Below are positions 1-10,305 of a stretch of 64,000 nucleotides of DNA, piece after piece. The notes under the pieces were generated by a model. It was given only the letters and a program-made list of their open reading frames with translations, searched no databases and was not told the DNA's origin. The DNA comes from Escherichia phage PNJ1902. The number at the start of each line of letters is the position of its first letter. Position 1 is the first letter of the stretch. Position numbers and translations under genes: made by a program. The stretch lies in sequence record OK254197.1, one strand, 5' to 3'.

Positions 1-197
1 TTGACCCAACTAATTGAGACAACATTGATATTCTACCTCTAATAGGATAGAGCTTGTATGGTAATTCTTTCCGTTTCTCAAATAGAATAAGTCTACGTTG
101 AGAAAACGTGCCAGGCAACTTCCTGTTATCTAGCACATATTTATTATACCTTGTTGTAATTACGGAATAATCACCTTCTTGCTCAATTGATACAAAC

Positions 198-218
198 GCC
201 CGTAAAGCATATACGGGC
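198..218 (-). terminator. Hairpin downstream of DNA polymerase gene (possible intrinsic terminator)
   Basis: GCCCGTA...TACGGGC 7-bp stem immediately 3' of the minus-strand pol stop; weak T-run. Confidence 0.3.
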
Positions 219-227
219 AATTTGAAA

Positions 228-2795
228 TCAAGCACCGAGAATCCTTCTCACGTTATCCAAATCTTTACATACAGCAATAAACTTATCATCCTTGTATTTG
301 CTATGATCTGGATGCTCTTTATCCATTGCAGCTAGTTTCTTATACTCGAACTCTGCATCAAGTAATACACCCTTGACATAACGAGTATATTCATCATCAT
401 CAATACAAGCGATTGATGGGTGCTGTTTCTTCATCTTACCACAAGAGTAGTCACGAGAACCTCCAGCTTCAGAATCTGAATCAATACCAATCGGACAGCC
501 AGGAATACTGATACCACGGTCTTTCTGAATATTACGAATCAGGATTTCATTGTATTGATCAATCAAGTCTTCACGAACAATAGCAACCACGGAGTCGTGA
601 ACCAGCATAACAATCTTCATCTCTTGTTCTAGGCCAAGAGAAATGATCTCATTATCTGCGTCTACAGCACCTAAAAGGAGACTATCAGAAGAAGCAGACT
701 GAATGATTGCGTTAAATCCAGAACGAATTTCTTCACCCTGAACACCACGGTCTTCGGAATGAATATTATGCAGACGACGCTTACGACCAAAGTGGCTATA
801 GATAAATCCATGATTCTTGATCTGATCGTGGCACTTATCAATCCAACGCTTAAGCTGTGGGAACTGACCGAAGTAAGTTTCAATGTACTCTTTAGCATCT
901 GCAACAGTACACTCTACAAACGGTTCGCCTGTCTTAGCAGCCTGCTCCAGAAGAGCTTCGTTAACAGAATGAGCTACTTTAGCTGGGCCAGAACCATATA
1001 GAATACCAAAGGTGATTGCTTTAGCTGCTTGACGCAGAGCTGGGAATAACTTTTTAACATCACGAGGCTCGCATTGGAGTTTAAATACCATGTGTGCGAT
1101 GTTAGAGTGGAAGTCAGGGTATTTATCAGGTTCATTTCTCATGTTGATAAATACTTGTTGCATATTTCTATCACCAGATAGAACAGCAGCATAATAAACT
1201 TCCGCAGTTGTTAAGTCCCATGCGATTACACGATACCCAGGAGGAGCTACTACACAACCCTTGATAATAGATTCATCACGAGGTAACTGTTGCAGGTTCA
1301 GTTTACCAGAAGAACTCAGACGACCAGAAGTAGTCATATGTTCGTGGAAACCAGTACGAATGCAACCATCAGCATCAATACTCAGAAGAATTTTCTCAAC
1401 GTAAGTAGAGATCAGCTTAGTCAGCTTACGAATCTCTAGTAGAGTCTTAGCAATTGGATGCTGCGTAGACAATTCGTTCAGAGCTTCTGCATCTGTAGAG
1501 TCTGCTCCAGTATCCGTCAATTTACCTGTTGGAGTTAAGCCAACATAGTCAAACAGAAGAACACGGAGTTGTTTAACAGAGTTTGGGTTAAACGCTTCGT
1601 TCTGATCCTTCTCTAGCTGAACGACTTCTGGATAAGTATACAGCTTCTCACGAGCTTTATTCAGATTATGGGTTAACTGGTACTGAGCTTCTTTTAAACG
1701 ATCAATAGAAATAGGTACACCACGATCCTCAACACGCTGGAGAAATACGCAACCAGGCATTAGAACATCATAATACAGACTGCAAAGTTTTTCATTCTTC
1801 TCAATTTTTGGTAAGAAGAAGTTGTGCAAACGTATAGTGGCATCGGTATCTTTTGCAGCGTAAGGCCACATAATATCAAACGGAATTAAATCATAGGTGA
1901 AATCTTCTTTCTTGATTTTATGTGTTTTGCAGTAATCATCCTTGAACTTATCTAGTTCAAAGTCATAGTCACCCATATCGGTATACTTCATTGCTAAAGA
2001 TTTCAAGCCATGAGTACCACGACGCTCATCTAGAACATAATGCTGCAACATGGTATCATGGAGCCTACGTTCTTTATGTGCTTTATCAAAAGTAAGTCCC
2101 AGATGGTACTTATAAAAGTGCATATCAAACTTCAAGTTGTGAAAAACAATAATGTGGTTTTCACTATCCAGAATTTTCTGGAGATAATATACTGCAACCT
2201 CTGTGAGACAATCAGAATCGATATATACACCCTGATACTCTTGGTGAGACATAGAAACACCAAGCAGATAACCATCTCGACAGTATAGTGCTGAGGTTTC
2301 GGAGTCGAATGCGACAGGTCCGATAACCATATTATACACCATCTTGATATATTCTTCCGCCTCATCGGGGTCAGTAATAGGACGGTAATCACCAGCTTTT
2401 GCAATCTTCTCACGACCATTGATAATATCGTGGATACTCTCTACTGTTGCATCAAAAACTGGTTTCATTTCAGGCTTAAAGTGTAACTGGGCTGGGCTGA
2501 TACTCGCAATCCAGTTAGCATATCCATTATACTCTACACGTTTACCAGTATAGTCACCGATACCTTTCTTACCTGCAAAATATAGGAAAGGTTCAGCACC
2601 TACTAGTATAACAAAATCATAATCATTCGGATCAAATGGGTTTTCTGGTGTTCCAATAGTAATATGTTTTTTAAGCAAACGACCAGATAACTTCTCGTTA
2701 CACATATGGAATACATCAACTTCCTCGCCATATAGCTGGAAATGTTTATCGTAACGAGTGTTATTTAGAGCTTTATCAACTACTGCGATTTTCAA
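228..2795 (-). CDS. DNA polymerase, family A (Pol I-like) with 3'-5' exonuclease domain
   Basis: 855 aa; position after primase/helicase as in T5; C-terminal palm region with conserved Pol A-type residues (…RRxAKxxxFGxxYG…, HDS/E motif). Confidence 0.85.
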   Translation of the reverse strand: MKIAVVDKALNNTRYDKHFQLYGEEVDVFHMCNEKLSGRLLKKHITIGTPENPFDPNDYDFVILVGAEPFLYFAGKKGIGDYTGKRVEYNGYANWIASISPAQLHFKPEMKPVFDATVESIHDIINGREKIAKAGDYRPITDPDEAEEYIKMVYNMVIGPVAFDSETSALYCRDGYLLGVSMSHQEYQGVYIDSDCLTEVAVYYLQKILDSENHIIVFHNLKFDMHFYKYHLGLTFDKAHKERRLHDTMLQHYVLDERRGTHGLKSLAMKYTDMGDYDFELDKFKDDYCKTHKIKKEDFTYDLIPFDIMWPYAAKDTDATIRLHNFFLPKIEKNEKLCSLYYDVLMPGCVFLQRVEDRGVPISIDRLKEAQYQLTHNLNKAREKLYTYPEVVQLEKDQNEAFNPNSVKQLRVLLFDYVGLTPTGKLTDTGADSTDAEALNELSTQHPIAKTLLEIRKLTKLISTYVEKILLSIDADGCIRTGFHEHMTTSGRLSSSGKLNLQQLPRDESIIKGCVVAPPGYRVIAWDLTTAEVYYAAVLSGDRNMQQVFINMRNEPDKYPDFHSNIAHMVFKLQCEPRDVKKLFPALRQAAKAITFGILYGSGPAKVAHSVNEALLEQAAKTGEPFVECTVADAKEYIETYFGQFPQLKRWIDKCHDQIKNHGFIYSHFGRKRRLHNIHSEDRGVQGEEIRSGFNAIIQSASSDSLLLGAVDADNEIISLGLEQEMKIVMLVHDSVVAIVREDLIDQYNEILIRNIQKDRGISIPGCPIGIDSDSEAGGSRDYSCGKMKKQHPSIACIDDDEYTRYVKGVLLDAEFEYKKLAAMDKEHPDHSKYKDDKFIAVCKDLDNVRRILGA

Positions 2796-2855
2796 ATTTA
2801 ATCTCCTCTTGGTAAGTAAGTATAACTTCAGTGTTTCTTCTCTAACTTACCAATA

Positions 2856-2886
2856 TATTATACCAAATCTTTAAGCGATTCAGCAA
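2856..2886 (-). promoter_or_regulatory. Putative sigma70 promoter for the polymerase gene
   Basis: RC gives TTGCTG-19 nt-TATAAT; lies in 3' end of primase ORF. Confidence 0.35.
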
Positions 2887-3748
2887 CTAAAATTTCAATA
2901 CGTTTTGCTAACATATCAATTTCATCTTTGTTTAAATCACCTGGATCTTTGCCTTCAGGCAGGAGAAAGTTAGCAACTACAGGTGTTAAACGCGTTTTTG
3001 TACGAATTAGCTTGGCCAACGCTTGTGCAGCTTTATTACCAGAAGCATCATTATCTAGTAAGATAACAACAACTTTTACACCAGCAATAATATAAGGACT
3101 GAACTTATCTGCAATGTTATCTGAAGTGAACTGATGTGTACCAAAGCAGCAAGAAGCATAGTCTATACCATTATCCTCTAGGTTCAGCATATCAAAGATA
3201 CCTTCAACTAGAATAAGAACTGGAGTATTATATCGTACAGGGAAAATCGGTGGTGAAACTTGTTTTGGTTTTACTAAGTATTTAGGAGGGGCAGAACTGT
3301 TTATAGAACGACCCAAAAATAGGATATTGCGTCCAACAGCATCTGTGATTGGGAATACAATTCTGCCTTCCCAGTCTGCTTGGTGTTGGAAAGCAAAATA
3401 TTTCTTCAAGGTCTTAGAACTTATACCTCGGAAATCACCTTCGAAAAGGTAAGCAGATTCAGGAATTGCAAGATTTGTAGATCCATTCCTAATCTCTGAA
3501 ATCTTTTTACGTACCTGCGATAGTCTTGGGGACTGTCGGTACTGAGTCTCATTAAAATAATGGTAAATGCTCGGTATACCTTTACCGAAGCCACAACTCA
3601 AGCAGTGCATAATACCTGTTTCAGGATCAATACGCAAACTTGGGTGTTTATCGTCATGATCTGGATTGAGACAACAGATGAGGATGTCCCCACCTGTGTC
3701 TTTATATTCAATGCCTTTCAGATCAAGTAGTTCTGTTATTCTACTCAT
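2858..3748 (-). CDS. DNA primase (zinc-finger + Toprim)
   Basis: 296 aa; CHC2-type Zn motif (HCLSCGFGKG), Toprim E...DxD (EGIFD ... DNDASG). Confidence 0.7.
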   Translation of the reverse strand: MSRITELLDLKGIEYKDTGGDILICCLNPDHDDKHPSLRIDPETGIMHCLSCGFGKGIPSIYHYFNETQYRQSPRLSQVRKKISEIRNGSTNLAIPESAYLFEGDFRGISSKTLKKYFAFQHQADWEGRIVFPITDAVGRNILFLGRSINSSAPPKYLVKPKQVSPPIFPVRYNTPVLILVEGIFDMLNLEDNGIDYASCCFGTHQFTSDNIADKFSPYIIAGVKVVVILLDNDASGNKAAQALAKLIRTKTRLTPVVANFLLPEGKDPGDLNKDEIDMLAKRIEILVAESLKDLV

Positions 3749-5268
3749 ATATCGCTGGCCTGTTCACCTGTTGAATTTTCAGTTTTGTCTTTCTTAGCAC
3801 GTTTAGGTTGAGCTGGCTTATCCTTCTCAATAGGGATAACGAACTCAGCTTCCATTTGAGATATATCTTCCATTGCTAGGTTGGTAGTGTTATCCATTCG
3901 CAGAGTTTCCCAGTTCATTTTAGGCATAAACTTCACGCTATCAGAAGAACGAGTCTTAACGAAGTCAAACATAATAGCACCTTGACCATTATCAGCTTTT
4001 GCAGCATTAAGATTAGCAGCCATGTCAGCGGAATCAAGAATCCCCTTTGACATACGTGTTCTACCGTCTTGATCGATCTGGTAAGGAGCTACACCAGCCA
4101 CGTTATGTTTCTGGCAGATAGATTTGAAAGACGAGCTAACAACCATCTGTTCTTTCCAGTCATACATATCAATGGTTTTAGAGTCTGGAAGTCGGGTTTG
4201 GTTAATATAGTCCAGTAAAGCTACTGTAACTTTATCTCCATATCTAGCAACTAATTTATTTAGTTCTACGTCAACTGTTGTAATAGACAGCTCAGGGTCA
4301 TAAACAATAATCATAGGAGTATGTAGTTCATATCCCTCTATTAGCTTACTCTCCATATCGTAGAAATCGCTCATCTTAGCCATTGTGTACTGTTTAACGA
4401 AGCTATCGAAAAGCTCTTCACCTCCATTAAACATTCTAGCTCTAGTTCTGGCCAATCTCAACAGAGCTGCACCTTCTAGAGTATTATTACGCATTGCTAA
4501 TGCTGATACACCAGCTAACATGGCTAGATTACGTCTAAATACTTCATGTTCTTTCATCTCAATTGAGAAGTATGGAGCAATATCTCCATTCAAATATTGC
4601 TGAACCTGTATGTTTGAACAGATAATGGATTTACCAGTACCACGCCAACCACCAAGCAGTAACGTTTCTGTGCGAGCTAAACCAATTTGAGCGTCGAACT
4701 CATTACAAATACCAAGAGCGATTAAGTTCAGTTTGGTATCTTCTTCTCTCTGGAAAATACGCATGTTATCTGCGTTGAATACTTTTCCAGTATTCGTTAC
4801 TTTCTCTTCTAATTTTAAGTGAAGGGAGGCAACTCGGTTGAGAATTTCTCCCTGATCCAGCATTGTTAAATCTTGAAGCACGTCTGTTTCTAGAAGCTTC
4901 AGGAATAAATCCTGCGTATATTCGGCTTCTAGGACTTCAAGTGCCTGTTCCATGCTCACTTCTGGAATTTGAGTGTTAGCTAAGACGACTAGAGCTTGAG
5001 AAAGGCGGGCGTTCCTATTAGCTTCAAGCATAAGTGCGTCAATGGACGGCATTGTGTTATATTTTTTATAATAATTCTGGACGGCTTGGTAAATTGAGGA
5101 GAAAGCGTCATTAAAATGATCTTTATGCAGTTTTGAGAATGTTTCCAATGCTATTTGCTTCTGTTCGGAAGCTAGAAGCATCTTCAACACTACAGCTTGC
5201 ACGTTAAACAAGGTCATTCTCCTTTGCACGCTTTCGTGCCTTCTAAATGCAAAAAGGGGAAGGAGCAT
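3745..5268 (-). CDS. DnaB-like replicative helicase
   Basis: 507 aa; Walker A GGWRGTGKS; overlaps primase by 4 nt; RBS GGAGG upstream. Confidence 0.65.
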   Translation of the reverse strand: MLLPLFAFRRHESVQRRMTLFNVQAVVLKMLLASEQKQIALETFSKLHKDHFNDAFSSIYQAVQNYYKKYNTMPSIDALMLEANRNARLSQALVVLANTQIPEVSMEQALEVLEAEYTQDLFLKLLETDVLQDLTMLDQGEILNRVASLHLKLEEKVTNTGKVFNADNMRIFQREEDTKLNLIALGICNEFDAQIGLARTETLLLGGWRGTGKSIICSNIQVQQYLNGDIAPYFSIEMKEHEVFRRNLAMLAGVSALAMRNNTLEGAALLRLARTRARMFNGGEELFDSFVKQYTMAKMSDFYDMESKLIEGYELHTPMIIVYDPELSITTVDVELNKLVARYGDKVTVALLDYINQTRLPDSKTIDMYDWKEQMVVSSSFKSICQKHNVAGVAPYQIDQDGRTRMSKGILDSADMAANLNAAKADNGQGAIMFDFVKTRSSDSVKFMPKMNWETLRMDNTTNLAMEDISQMEAEFVIPIEKDKPAQPKRAKKDKTENSTGEQASDI

Positions 5269-5299
5269 AGCCCCCTCCCCTTAGGTTTAATTTACCAGA

Positions 5300-6067
5300 T
5301 TATTCAGCAGCCGCAGCTTTTGCATCCAGTTTAGCACGCTTAGCGGCACCATCATAGTCCTTAGCAACCAGACCACGACGAGACAGCATAGATTTAACAC
5401 CGCGCTCAGACTTACCAGTTTTCTCAGCGATCTCAGCAACAGTCATGTTAACCAGATCCAGACCTTCTAACAGATCTTCACGAGTTTTAGCACTTGAAGT
5501 TTCCTGTACCGGCATAGCAGCGATACGACCTTCACGAAGCAGGCTCAGAGCTTTACCACGGATCTGCTTGATATTACGACCGAAGTGAGCAGCGATAGCT
5601 TCAATAGTAGCACCAGCAACAACCTGATTAACAAAATCAGTTTCTTCATCCGGAGTAAAGGAACGAACAGCGGCAGCTTTTTCGGTTGGCTTAACAGAAG
5701 CGGTCATTTCCAGACTCAGGATCTTACCCTGTACCTGTTTAGCACCGAACTGACCACCAGCTACAGCAGCAGCGATTTCAGCATAGGTATACTGACCAGC
5801 ATGAGCGTTCAGGAAATCAACCAGTTCAGCTTCCTGCTCAGGAGTCCACGGGGATTTCTGTACTTCGTTAGCTTTTTGTACTTCAAAACCTTCTTTACGC
5901 AGTTTAGAGCCAACAGAGCGAGCAGTAACATCTTTGCCAGTTTCAGCAGCCAGTTCAGCAGCGATAGCAGCTACTTGTTCTTGAGAGATTACAGCAACAC
6001 CCAGAGCAGTGGCTTTTGCTTTCAGAGACTCAGTTACACCTTCTACGTTCCAGTTCAGTTTAGACAT
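5300..6067 (-). CDS. Ala/Lys-rich DNA-binding protein (T5 D5-like)
   Basis: 255 aa, repetitive Ala-rich composition; position between ligase and helicase as in T5. Confidence 0.4.
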   Translation of the reverse strand: MSKLNWNVEGVTESLKAKATALGVAVISQEQVAAIAAELAAETGKDVTARSVGSKLRKEGFEVQKANEVQKSPWTPEQEAELVDFLNAHAGQYTYAEIAAAVAGGQFGAKQVQGKILSLEMTASVKPTEKAAAVRSFTPDEETDFVNQVVAGATIEAIAAHFGRNIKQIRGKALSLLREGRIAAMPVQETSSAKTREDLLEGLDLVNMTVAEIAEKTGKSERGVKSMLSRRGLVAKDYDGAAKRAKLDAKAAAAE

Positions 6068-6842
6068 TATTATTTTTCTCCAATAGTTCTTTAATCGACA
6101 GGATTTCTATCCCATTCGTTTCGGCTTTCTTATAAGATGAGGAAGAACGTTTTGATTCATCCTCACAGATTAGGTATTTGACGTCTTTAGTAACGGATTT
6201 CTTAACCGTATACCCTAGACTTTCTAAATAGTTTGTTGCATCCGTTCTATTTGCAAAATCTTGCAAAGATCCGGTAATACATACCGCGATTCCTTTTGGC
6301 TGGGCAACTAATTCATCTGTAATGATGATATTAGCTTTTGCACCTCTGATACCTGTTGAGAATTTCCACGGTAGTTCGATAACATCCTTGCCTTGTGGGG
6401 AATTTAGCCAGGCTTTATAGTTTTCTCCAGCCTTACCGTCAGCCTTCACATCGTGGAAGCTAGTGCAATTTTGGGATAATTTCTTTGCTGCAACCTCTCC
6501 AATTAGAGGGATTCCTAAAGAACCGAGAACTGAACCAAAGTCAATGTCTCCGCGAACTTTAGTATTTAATTCGCTAATTAACTTAGCGGCAACCTTGCTA
6601 CCCACGGCTCTAACCAAATCTTCTTCGGTTAGGTAAAATAGTTCTGAAATCTTCGTCAGCTCCAGCTTCTCAATAGTTTTTGGGCCAAAGCCCTTTAACT
6701 TCATTTTTGAACAGAAGTTCTCAATTAACTTACTTGATTGCGCTGGACAGTTGGACTTATTCCGACAGAATAATTGTCCGTTGACAAGATCTAGCTTAGA
6801 ACCACAAGAGGGACATTGTGTTGGAATTTCGATTTTCATCAA
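6060..6842 (-). CDS. NAD-dependent DNA ligase, C-terminal part (Zn finger, HhH, BRCT-like)
   Basis: 260 aa; CPSCGSKL...C Zn ribbon, HhH-like GFGPKTIEKL. Confidence 0.8.
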   Translation of the reverse strand: MMKIEIPTQCPSCGSKLDLVNGQLFCRNKSNCPAQSSKLIENFCSKMKLKGFGPKTIEKLELTKISELFYLTEEDLVRAVGSKVAAKLISELNTKVRGDIDFGSVLGSLGIPLIGEVAAKKLSQNCTSFHDVKADGKAGENYKAWLNSPQGKDVIELPWKFSTGIRGAKANIIITDELVAQPKGIAVCITGSLQDFANRTDATNYLESLGYTVKKSVTKDVKYLICEDESKRSSSSYKKAETNGIEILSIKELLEKNNNV

Positions 6843-6869
6843 ATTTCTTCCTTATCAATTTATATAAAT

Positions 6870-6898
6870 ATTATAGCAAGTATTTAAGCATTTAGCAA
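6870..6898 (-). promoter_or_regulatory. sigma70 promoter (T5 early type) for ligase C-part gene
   Basis: RC: TTGCTA-17-TATAAT followed by ATAAATTGA leader. Confidence 0.7.
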
Positions 6899-7041
6899 CT
6901 ACAATTTTAACTAACTTTGCTTACCCTCGCCATAACTTTCTATCCCTCAACTGAATGATAATAGTATATACCTAAGCGGCGAAAATGTCAATAACCACTT
7001 TATAATTCCGATATGGTAGATGGGTAGCAAAGGGTTATGTA

Positions 7042-8013
7042 TTAATCGTATACTCGCTCTACGATGCACGGGATTACACCACCAGCACGAATTACTCGAA
7101 TCTGGCAACCGATCTCTAGATCGAGAGAGTTAATATAATCAACGTTATTAAGAGTCGCTTTAACAATTGTAGCATCATCAATAATTACCGGTTCGAAATA
7201 ACCAACTGGAGTTACTTTACCAGAAGCCCCTACCTGCCATTCAACTTTAGTAAGAGTTGTAATCTCGCCTTCTTCATCCTCTTTAATAGCGAATGCTCCA
7301 CGAGGAAATTTATTAGTCCAGCCTTCACGGAAGAATTTGTTGTTGTCATTAATACGAACAACTTTACCATCCGTCGGAATCCATTTAAAGAAGGAACGCA
7401 CATTAACAACTGTTAAGAAGTCCTCATTCTCTAGCCAGAGCATATCTTTTAAATACGATTCTGTAATACCTACAGATTCAGCAGAACACTGGATACCGTA
7501 TGCAACGAAGATTAGACCACCTTCTCCGATACGTTGTACGAAATCATCACTATCTTTGAGGTTAATAGCACCAGAGGCAAAGTTACGTTTATTTTCTACT
7601 TCTTTTGTAATTAGAACTTCACCAGTGATTTGAGTAGGTACTTTTTGGGAAATCTTTTTAGGGATGTTCAGCAATCTTACGTTGCTTGTGACATCATTCC
7701 CTAGAATGCCATTACCACGAGTTAGTGCTTGAACAAATTCGCCATTAATATATAACAGAGAAATCGCACAACCATCTAACTTATCAGTTTCTACCTGACC
7801 TAATGGATTAAACGGAGGTTTATCTCCACGATTATAATAAACTTTCTGTAAAGAATACATACGATACAGATGTGGAATATCTCCCTTAGGCCCAATCTCT
7901 TCTTCTAACGGAAATCTTTTAATCAGACGATCATATTCTTCGTCAGAGATTAAAGACATGCCTTGATAATATGCTTCTTGACAGCGTTTAATAAATTCTT
8001 TTACATTAGTCAT
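7042..8013 (-). CDS. NAD-dependent DNA ligase, N-terminal part (adenylation + OB fold)
   Basis: 323 aa; adenylation motif KLDG (…TDKLDGCAISLLY…). Confidence 0.8.
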   Translation of the reverse strand: MTNVKEFIKRCQEAYYQGMSLISDEEYDRLIKRFPLEEEIGPKGDIPHLYRMYSLQKVYYNRGDKPPFNPLGQVETDKLDGCAISLLYINGEFVQALTRGNGILGNDVTSNVRLLNIPKKISQKVPTQITGEVLITKEVENKRNFASGAINLKDSDDFVQRIGEGGLIFVAYGIQCSAESVGITESYLKDMLWLENEDFLTVVNVRSFFKWIPTDGKVVRINDNNKFFREGWTNKFPRGAFAIKEDEEGEITTLTKVEWQVGASGKVTPVGYFEPVIIDDATIVKATLNNVDYINSLDLEIGCQIRVIRAGGVIPCIVERVYD

Positions 8014-8044
8014 TTATTTATATCTCTCATCAATTTATATAAAT

Positions 8045-8073
8045 ATTATATAATAAAACTGAGTTGAAAGCAA
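8045..8073 (-). promoter_or_regulatory. sigma70 promoter for ligase N-part gene
   Basis: RC: TTGCTT-17-TATAAT, conserved leader ATAAATTGATGAGAG. Confidence 0.7.
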
Positions 8074-8083
8074 ATACATTTAT

Positions 8084-8116
8084 AAAGAAAAAGCCAAGAA
8101 CTAGGCATTCTTGGCT
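8084..8116 (-). terminator. Intrinsic terminator (minus strand)
   Basis: GCCAAGAA...TTCTTGGC hairpin followed on minus strand by T-run. Confidence 0.55.
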
Positions 8117-8409
8117 TTGAGTTCTTCAGCTCGTTTCTGTACTTCATGTAAAACCTCAGATTCACTAAGAATCTGTGTAAACGCATAGAAAAGCTGTGAT
8201 GTTGTTTCTAGGGTGTAAGGAAAAGAGAAGCCAGATTTCGTTGGAAACCATTCATCATTAATATCAAGAAGCCAGTAACGAATACCCATGTATAGATTCC
8301 CACGAAATTCAGATACTGTTAATCTTACTTGTTCTCCCTCCTTCTCCCAGAGTATGATGGACTGGTCATCAACGTGTCCTTCATAGTTTTGATTTACCTG
8401 TTCGCTCAT
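8101..8409 (-). CDS. Hypothetical protein
   Basis: 102 aa ORF in minus-strand operon. Confidence 0.5.
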   Translation of the reverse strand: MSEQVNQNYEGHVDDQSIILWEKEGEQVRLTVSEFRGNLYMGIRYWLLDINDEWFPTKSGFSFPYTLETTSQLFYAFTQILSESEVLHEVQKRAEELKAKNA

Positions 8410-8459
8410 TTACATATCCCAAATACACAAAAAGCCCCATATAGGGGCTAATTGGTTTC

Positions 8460-8756
8460 TTATCGGCCTACTGGAGAAGCACGATCTAACTCTGATTGGA
8501 GGCTAGTCACACGACGGACTTTCTCGACAGGAATAAAACGGAAGCTATCATTAGTACGAGAGAAGACAAGGATCTCATCATCTTTCGCTTTACGAATACG
8601 TTCACGTTTAATACGCTCAGCCAGATATTTATCTTGGGCTGGATCAAATTCCATCGTACCCTGAAGGTACGTGGTTCCTTTCTGACGAAGTTTCTCGTAA
8701 TGAAGATAAAACTCACCAAATTTTTCACATTGTGCGATAATTTCAGCTTTGGTCAT
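8460..8756 (-). CDS. Hypothetical protein
   Basis: 98 aa ORF. Confidence 0.5.
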   Translation of the reverse strand: MTKAEIIAQCEKFGEFYLHYEKLRQKGTTYLQGTMEFDPAQDKYLAERIKRERIRKAKDDEILVFSRTNDSFRFIPVEKVRRVTSLQSELDRASPVGR

Positions 8757-8792
8757 AACTGTGTTCCTTTTGTTGGTGGATTTATCTAAAAA

Positions 8793-9203
8793 TTACTTAG
8801 TGATAGCTCGGATTGCTTCTGCCAGATGAGCGGCTGCTTTACCGGTCAGTTTGTCGATAATTGCATCATCCAGAAAATCTGGTGCTAGGCCAGCATCAGA
8901 GAATGCTGAACGAAGATCGGCATGAGCTTGGGCTTTGGAAGTACGAGAACCACCAGAAGCTTTTTCTCCAGTAGATGCGCTAGATTTAGAAGCAGAGCCA
9001 GCAGCTTTCTTGATATACAAACCTGCTTTAGTCAGCTTCATACGAAAACCGTTCGGAGTTACACCATTTTCCTGGGCAATTTCGCTAACAATTTCCATGC
9101 TAACACCCGGACGTTCATCCTCTGGGAATTGCTCCATACGAGCAACGTATTCGGAAGACATTTTTTCGAACAGTTCATCAGTCCACTGAGTTGGAGTAGT
9201 CAT
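8793..9203 (-). CDS. Hypothetical protein
   Basis: 136 aa ORF preceded by promoter at 9261-9289. Confidence 0.55.
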   Translation of the reverse strand: MTTPTQWTDELFEKMSSEYVARMEQFPEDERPGVSMEIVSEIAQENGVTPNGFRMKLTKAGLYIKKAAGSASKSSASTGEKASGGSRTSKAQAHADLRSAFSDAGLAPDFLDDAIIDKLTGKAAAHLAEAIRAITK

Positions 9204-9260
9204 ATTTTATATTTCCTTAATTAAGAATTAAACAGAATAGTTCTTTCAAACTATGAGAAT

Positions 9261-9289
9261 ATTATATCAAGAATTATAGGATTAAGCAA
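9261..9289 (-). promoter_or_regulatory. sigma70 promoter
   Basis: RC: TTGCTT-17-TATAAT. Confidence 0.65.
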
Positions 9290-9309
9290 CTGAAATTTTT
9301 CGGTAACTG

Positions 9310-9564
9310 CTACACATCTAGCTCAACAATCTCCCAATCATCCGCTAGAGCTTCTTCTAGAGTAAGGTTTACTTGACGGATAAGTGGGGATTCCATACCG
9401 TTCTCCCACACATGTTCAGTCACTGTACCCTGCTCTACGTTAAATTCTAAAACCACTGTAAAGTGTTTATTATTTTCCCAGCAATCTCGCTGGAGATATT
9501 TTACGTCCCCAGCTTTCAGCAAATCTGTTAGCTTACTCACGGCGTTTTCCTTTTTCTTTATCAA
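9310..9564 (-). CDS. Hypothetical protein
   Basis: 84 aa ORF. Confidence 0.45.
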   Translation of the reverse strand: MIKKKENAVSKLTDLLKAGDVKYLQRDCWENNKHFTVVLEFNVEQGTVTEHVWENGMESPLIRQVNLTLEEALADDWEIVELDV

Positions 9565-10237
9565 ATTTCAAGGCAGCCTTAACAGCTTCATTAATTAATG
9601 AAATTACTTCTTCACGAGTCCACTTGTACCCTAGAGATTTTACGTCAACCCCTAATTTTTCCAGATGTTTAACAGAAGCCAGCTCGTAATTCATATAATG
9701 GACGTTCTGTTGTTTGCCTTCTGATAGAAGCCATACACGATAGCAACCAACAGGATTATCCATTGCTTTTTTGATTTCACCAATACACTGGTATCCAGGA
9801 ACCCAAACAAGCTCACCAACTGCAAATTCTTCTGCTACAGCATCATCAGGAATAATTGGAGGATTCAATGGATCTACAATATCGTTCAAACGAAGTAGAG
9901 CACCATATCGTTCCAGAACAGATTTAACCATTGCTACAGAGCGGTAATTACGATCGGCAATTTCTTCGAAAGAATCACCAGATAAATACTGCTCAATAAC
10001 GTTAGCTAACTCAATGCCTTCAATGAGTGTGCCACGTTTCTTTTTCTTCATTTCGGCAACTTGAATCTGGCGGTCTTGCCATTCTTCAATCATCCTTTCC
10101 ATAGTTGGATTGGATGATACGCCGAGCATTTCACATGCTGCTTTCTTAGTACCACCGTTCTCCAGATGCTCTATAACCTTTTTAAAGACTTCATCCGGGA
10201 TTTCATGGATATGTTTCTTTCTACGAGAACCAGCCAT
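9533..10237 (-). CDS. HTH-containing hypothetical protein
   Basis: 234 aa; N-terminal helix-turn-helix-like segment; first gene after PN25-type promoter. Confidence 0.55.
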   Translation of the reverse strand: MAGSRRKKHIHEIPDEVFKKVIEHLENGGTKKAACEMLGVSSNPTMERMIEEWQDRQIQVAEMKKKKRGTLIEGIELANVIEQYLSGDSFEEIADRNYRSVAMVKSVLERYGALLRLNDIVDPLNPPIIPDDAVAEEFAVGELVWVPGYQCIGEIKKAMDNPVGCYRVWLLSEGKQQNVHYMNYELASVKHLEKLGVDVKSLGYKWTREEVISLINEAVKAALKFDKEKGKRRE

Positions 10238-10268
10238 ATTTAAACTCCTCTCTCAAATTTATGAATCT

Positions 10269-10297
10269 ATTATACAGAAAAATTTTCCTGAAAGCAA
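10269..10297 (-). promoter_or_regulatory. T5 PN25-type early promoter
   Basis: RC of 10243-10305 reads AAAATTTATTTGCTTTCAGGAAAATTTTTCTGTATAATAGATTCATAAATTTGAGAGAGGAG, matching the published T5 PN25 promoter/leader as I recall it. Confidence 0.85.
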
Positions 10298-10305
10298 ATA
10301 AATTT

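Noticed and set aside
6843-7041. Intron or intein explanation for the split ligase
   Set aside because: The spacer is only ~200 bp and contains a full promoter plus RBS for the downstream half; both halves begin with Met and end at stop codons.
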